From an uncultured Acidobacteriota bacterium (GTDB taxonomy: Bacteria > Actinomycetota > Acidimicrobiia > Spongiisociales > ZC4RG35), in the NCBI GenBank assembly GCA_963828465.1, contig CAWHEU010000010.1, positions 1-30,286 of the forward strand: a stretch of 30,286 bases of DNA. The letters are read 5' to 3'. The position numbers and the translations under genes are program-made. The first letter of the stretch is position 1, and the number at the start of each line of letters is the position of its first letter. The notes under the pieces were generated by a model. It ran no database searches. It worked only from the letters and a program-made list of their open reading frames with translations, and was not told where the DNA came from. Positions 29,238-30,286 of this stretch are shown piece by piece.

Positions 29238-29598
29238 CGCTGTGGGCCCTCTTCGGCTGCTTTCTTCTCGATCTCCTCGAGGTCTGCCATTGCGTCGGCC
29301 GGGGTGGGTCCGGAGATCGGCTTTGGCCCCTCCCAATCGAGCCGGCTCACGCCTGACTCCTCGATTCCCTTGCGGACCTCGTCAGAGGACTTCTTCAGCT
29401 CGTCGAGTGGGGCTTTGAGGTGCTCGCCGACCTGCTTGATATCGGCTACCTCGGCCTGGAGCCCCCGTCGCAGGTCACGGGCCGCCGACCTCAGCTCCGC
29501 AGTCCACTCCCCCAGCTCTTTGAACTCGGGAAGCCGGTCGGGCCGAATACAACGAGTGCGAGCAATAAAATGATGATGATCTCGCCACCCTGGAGCAT
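29234..29598 (-). CDS. tatB: Twin-arginine translocase subunit TatB (TatA/B family), one base missing near 29541
   Basis: MLQGGEIIIILLLALVVFGP, then DRLPE...LGEWTAELR in the next frame. The break lies in a short C run. Long amphipathic tail. Confidence 0.82.
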
Positions 29599-29637
29599 TC
29601 GCTTGAGGGTACTTGCTACCTCTCAGTTGGACGCTGC

Positions 29638-29676
29638 CACGAGAAAGGGTGGCGCACCCTGAGGATCGCCACCCTT
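29638..29676 (-). terminator. Intrinsic terminator-like hairpin
   Basis: 10-bp stem AAGGGTGGCG (29645-29654) / CGCCACCCTT (29667-29676) running into a short pyrimidine-rich tail (TTTCTC) on the - strand, downstream of the 96-aa ORF. Confidence 0.65.
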
Positions 29677-29727
29677 CTGTGTCGAGAGCACCTTGCCCTT
29701 CGGCGCTCATCAGAGATCAGGGTTTTG

Positions 29728-30018
29728 TCAGCCGGCCAGGAGGCGGAACGGATCCCATTCCGCTTCTAGGGCAGCGACAAACGCATCGATCTCTCTTTCG
29801 GTGATCGGATCAGGGTCGATGACCTCAAAGGCGACCCCCGTTGCCAACAGAACACTCACTACCCGGGAATTCGCCGGTCTGCGCTGGGGCTCGGTGCAGG
29901 TCGGGCAATTCAAGCGATAGTCACCTTCTCGGCCACCAGGACCCAGCTCCAGCGCTACGTCGTCCGGTGTGAGATGGATGTCACCGTACGGGGTGCAAGT
30001 CGTCTTGATGGTCGTCAC
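29728..30018 (-). CDS. Small hypothetical protein with a zinc-ribbon-like Cys pattern
   Basis: TTIKTTCTPYGD...YRLNCPTC...LLATGV. GGAG RBS upstream of the GTG start and a terminator downstream. Confidence 0.7.
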   Translation of the reverse strand: MTTIKTTCTPYGDIHLTPDDVALELGPGGREGDYRLNCPTCTEPQRRPANSRVVSVLLATGVAFEVIDPDPITEREIDAFVAALEAEWDPFRLLAG

Positions 30019-30103
30019 CCTTGTCTCCGGTCTCCCATGTCAAGAGGGGTGATCGGCAGAGCAGGCACCAACCGCAGCCCACGGCCCTAGGTCGCAAGAC
30101 CCC

Positions 30104-30286
30104 TTATCGGGACCCGGCCCGGAAGGCCCTAGCGATGGCAGCGACCCGTTCACGCACCTCATCGCCCTCCAAAAACTCGTGCCTCGGGGCCGAGACGGAG
30201 CAGGAGACGCGCTGGAAGCTGGGGCATTGGCCCGACGTGAACCGGATCTCTGTCCCGGTCTGGGTCTCCTTGAGCACATCGACGGG
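30104..30286 (-). CDS. pafC: 3' end of a PafC-like WYL/WCX transcriptional regulator (partial, with apparent compensating indels)
   Basis: PVDVLKET..GTEIRF / ARLLLRLGPEARV (shifted frame) / LEGDEVRERVAAIAR fits a WCX C-terminus. pafBC normally precede tat/helY in Actinomycetota. Confidence 0.55.
   Translation of the reverse strand, partial: PVDVLKETQTGTEIRFTSGQCPSFQRVSCSVSAPRHEFLEGDEVRERVAAIARAFRAGSR

Noticed and set aside
30048-30085. Sigma-28/WhiG-type promoter (GCCGAT) upstream of the 96-aa ORF
   Set aside because: No matching TAAA-like -35 at the expected spacing, and local sequence quality appears poor.
25934-30286. Helicase plus WYL protein as an anti-phage defence system
   Set aside because: pafC-tat-helY is a conserved actinobacterial housekeeping arrangement, and no nuclease or effector gene is adjacent.

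Overview
GC-rich, gene-dense chromosomal housekeeping region of an actinobacterium, most likely class Acidimicrobiia (inferred from gene order and protein style). Almost all genes lie on the - strand. In transcription order (right to left): pafC-like 3' end, small Cys-motif protein, tatB-tatC-helY-DAGK, DUF4193, ppm1-like GT2, GNAT, NUDIX, M20 hydrolase, HAD-IIA, 47-aa ORF, tlyA-nadK-recN-pyrG-ald-xerD, DksA/TraR-like, HD protein, scpA-scpB-rluB-aroA-cmk-ispH-der, 51-aa ORF. A + strand ADP-ribose NUDIX gene, a - strand PotABCD-like ABC importer with a HAD gene, and a partial EamA gene complete the window. I see no prophage, defence system, CRISPR, rRNA or tRNA. aroA, xerD, helY, tatB and pafC carry 1-nt indels that look like sequencing errors. 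The most interesting signals are non-coding: (1) a pyrG promoter whose C6-C7-C8-G9 start window and start-codon hairpin mirror CTP-sensing start-site switching; (2) an 87-nt structured sRNA candidate with its own -10 box and two CCCCCAU loops between aroA and cmk; (3) a 166-bp rod-like palindromic element after the dksA-like gene. Also notable are a TIPS-like EPSPS active site, a likely CTG start for tlyA, a REP-like insert at the tatC/helY junction and a vestigial amidohydrolase fragment. All calls come from reading the sequence; no database searches were run.
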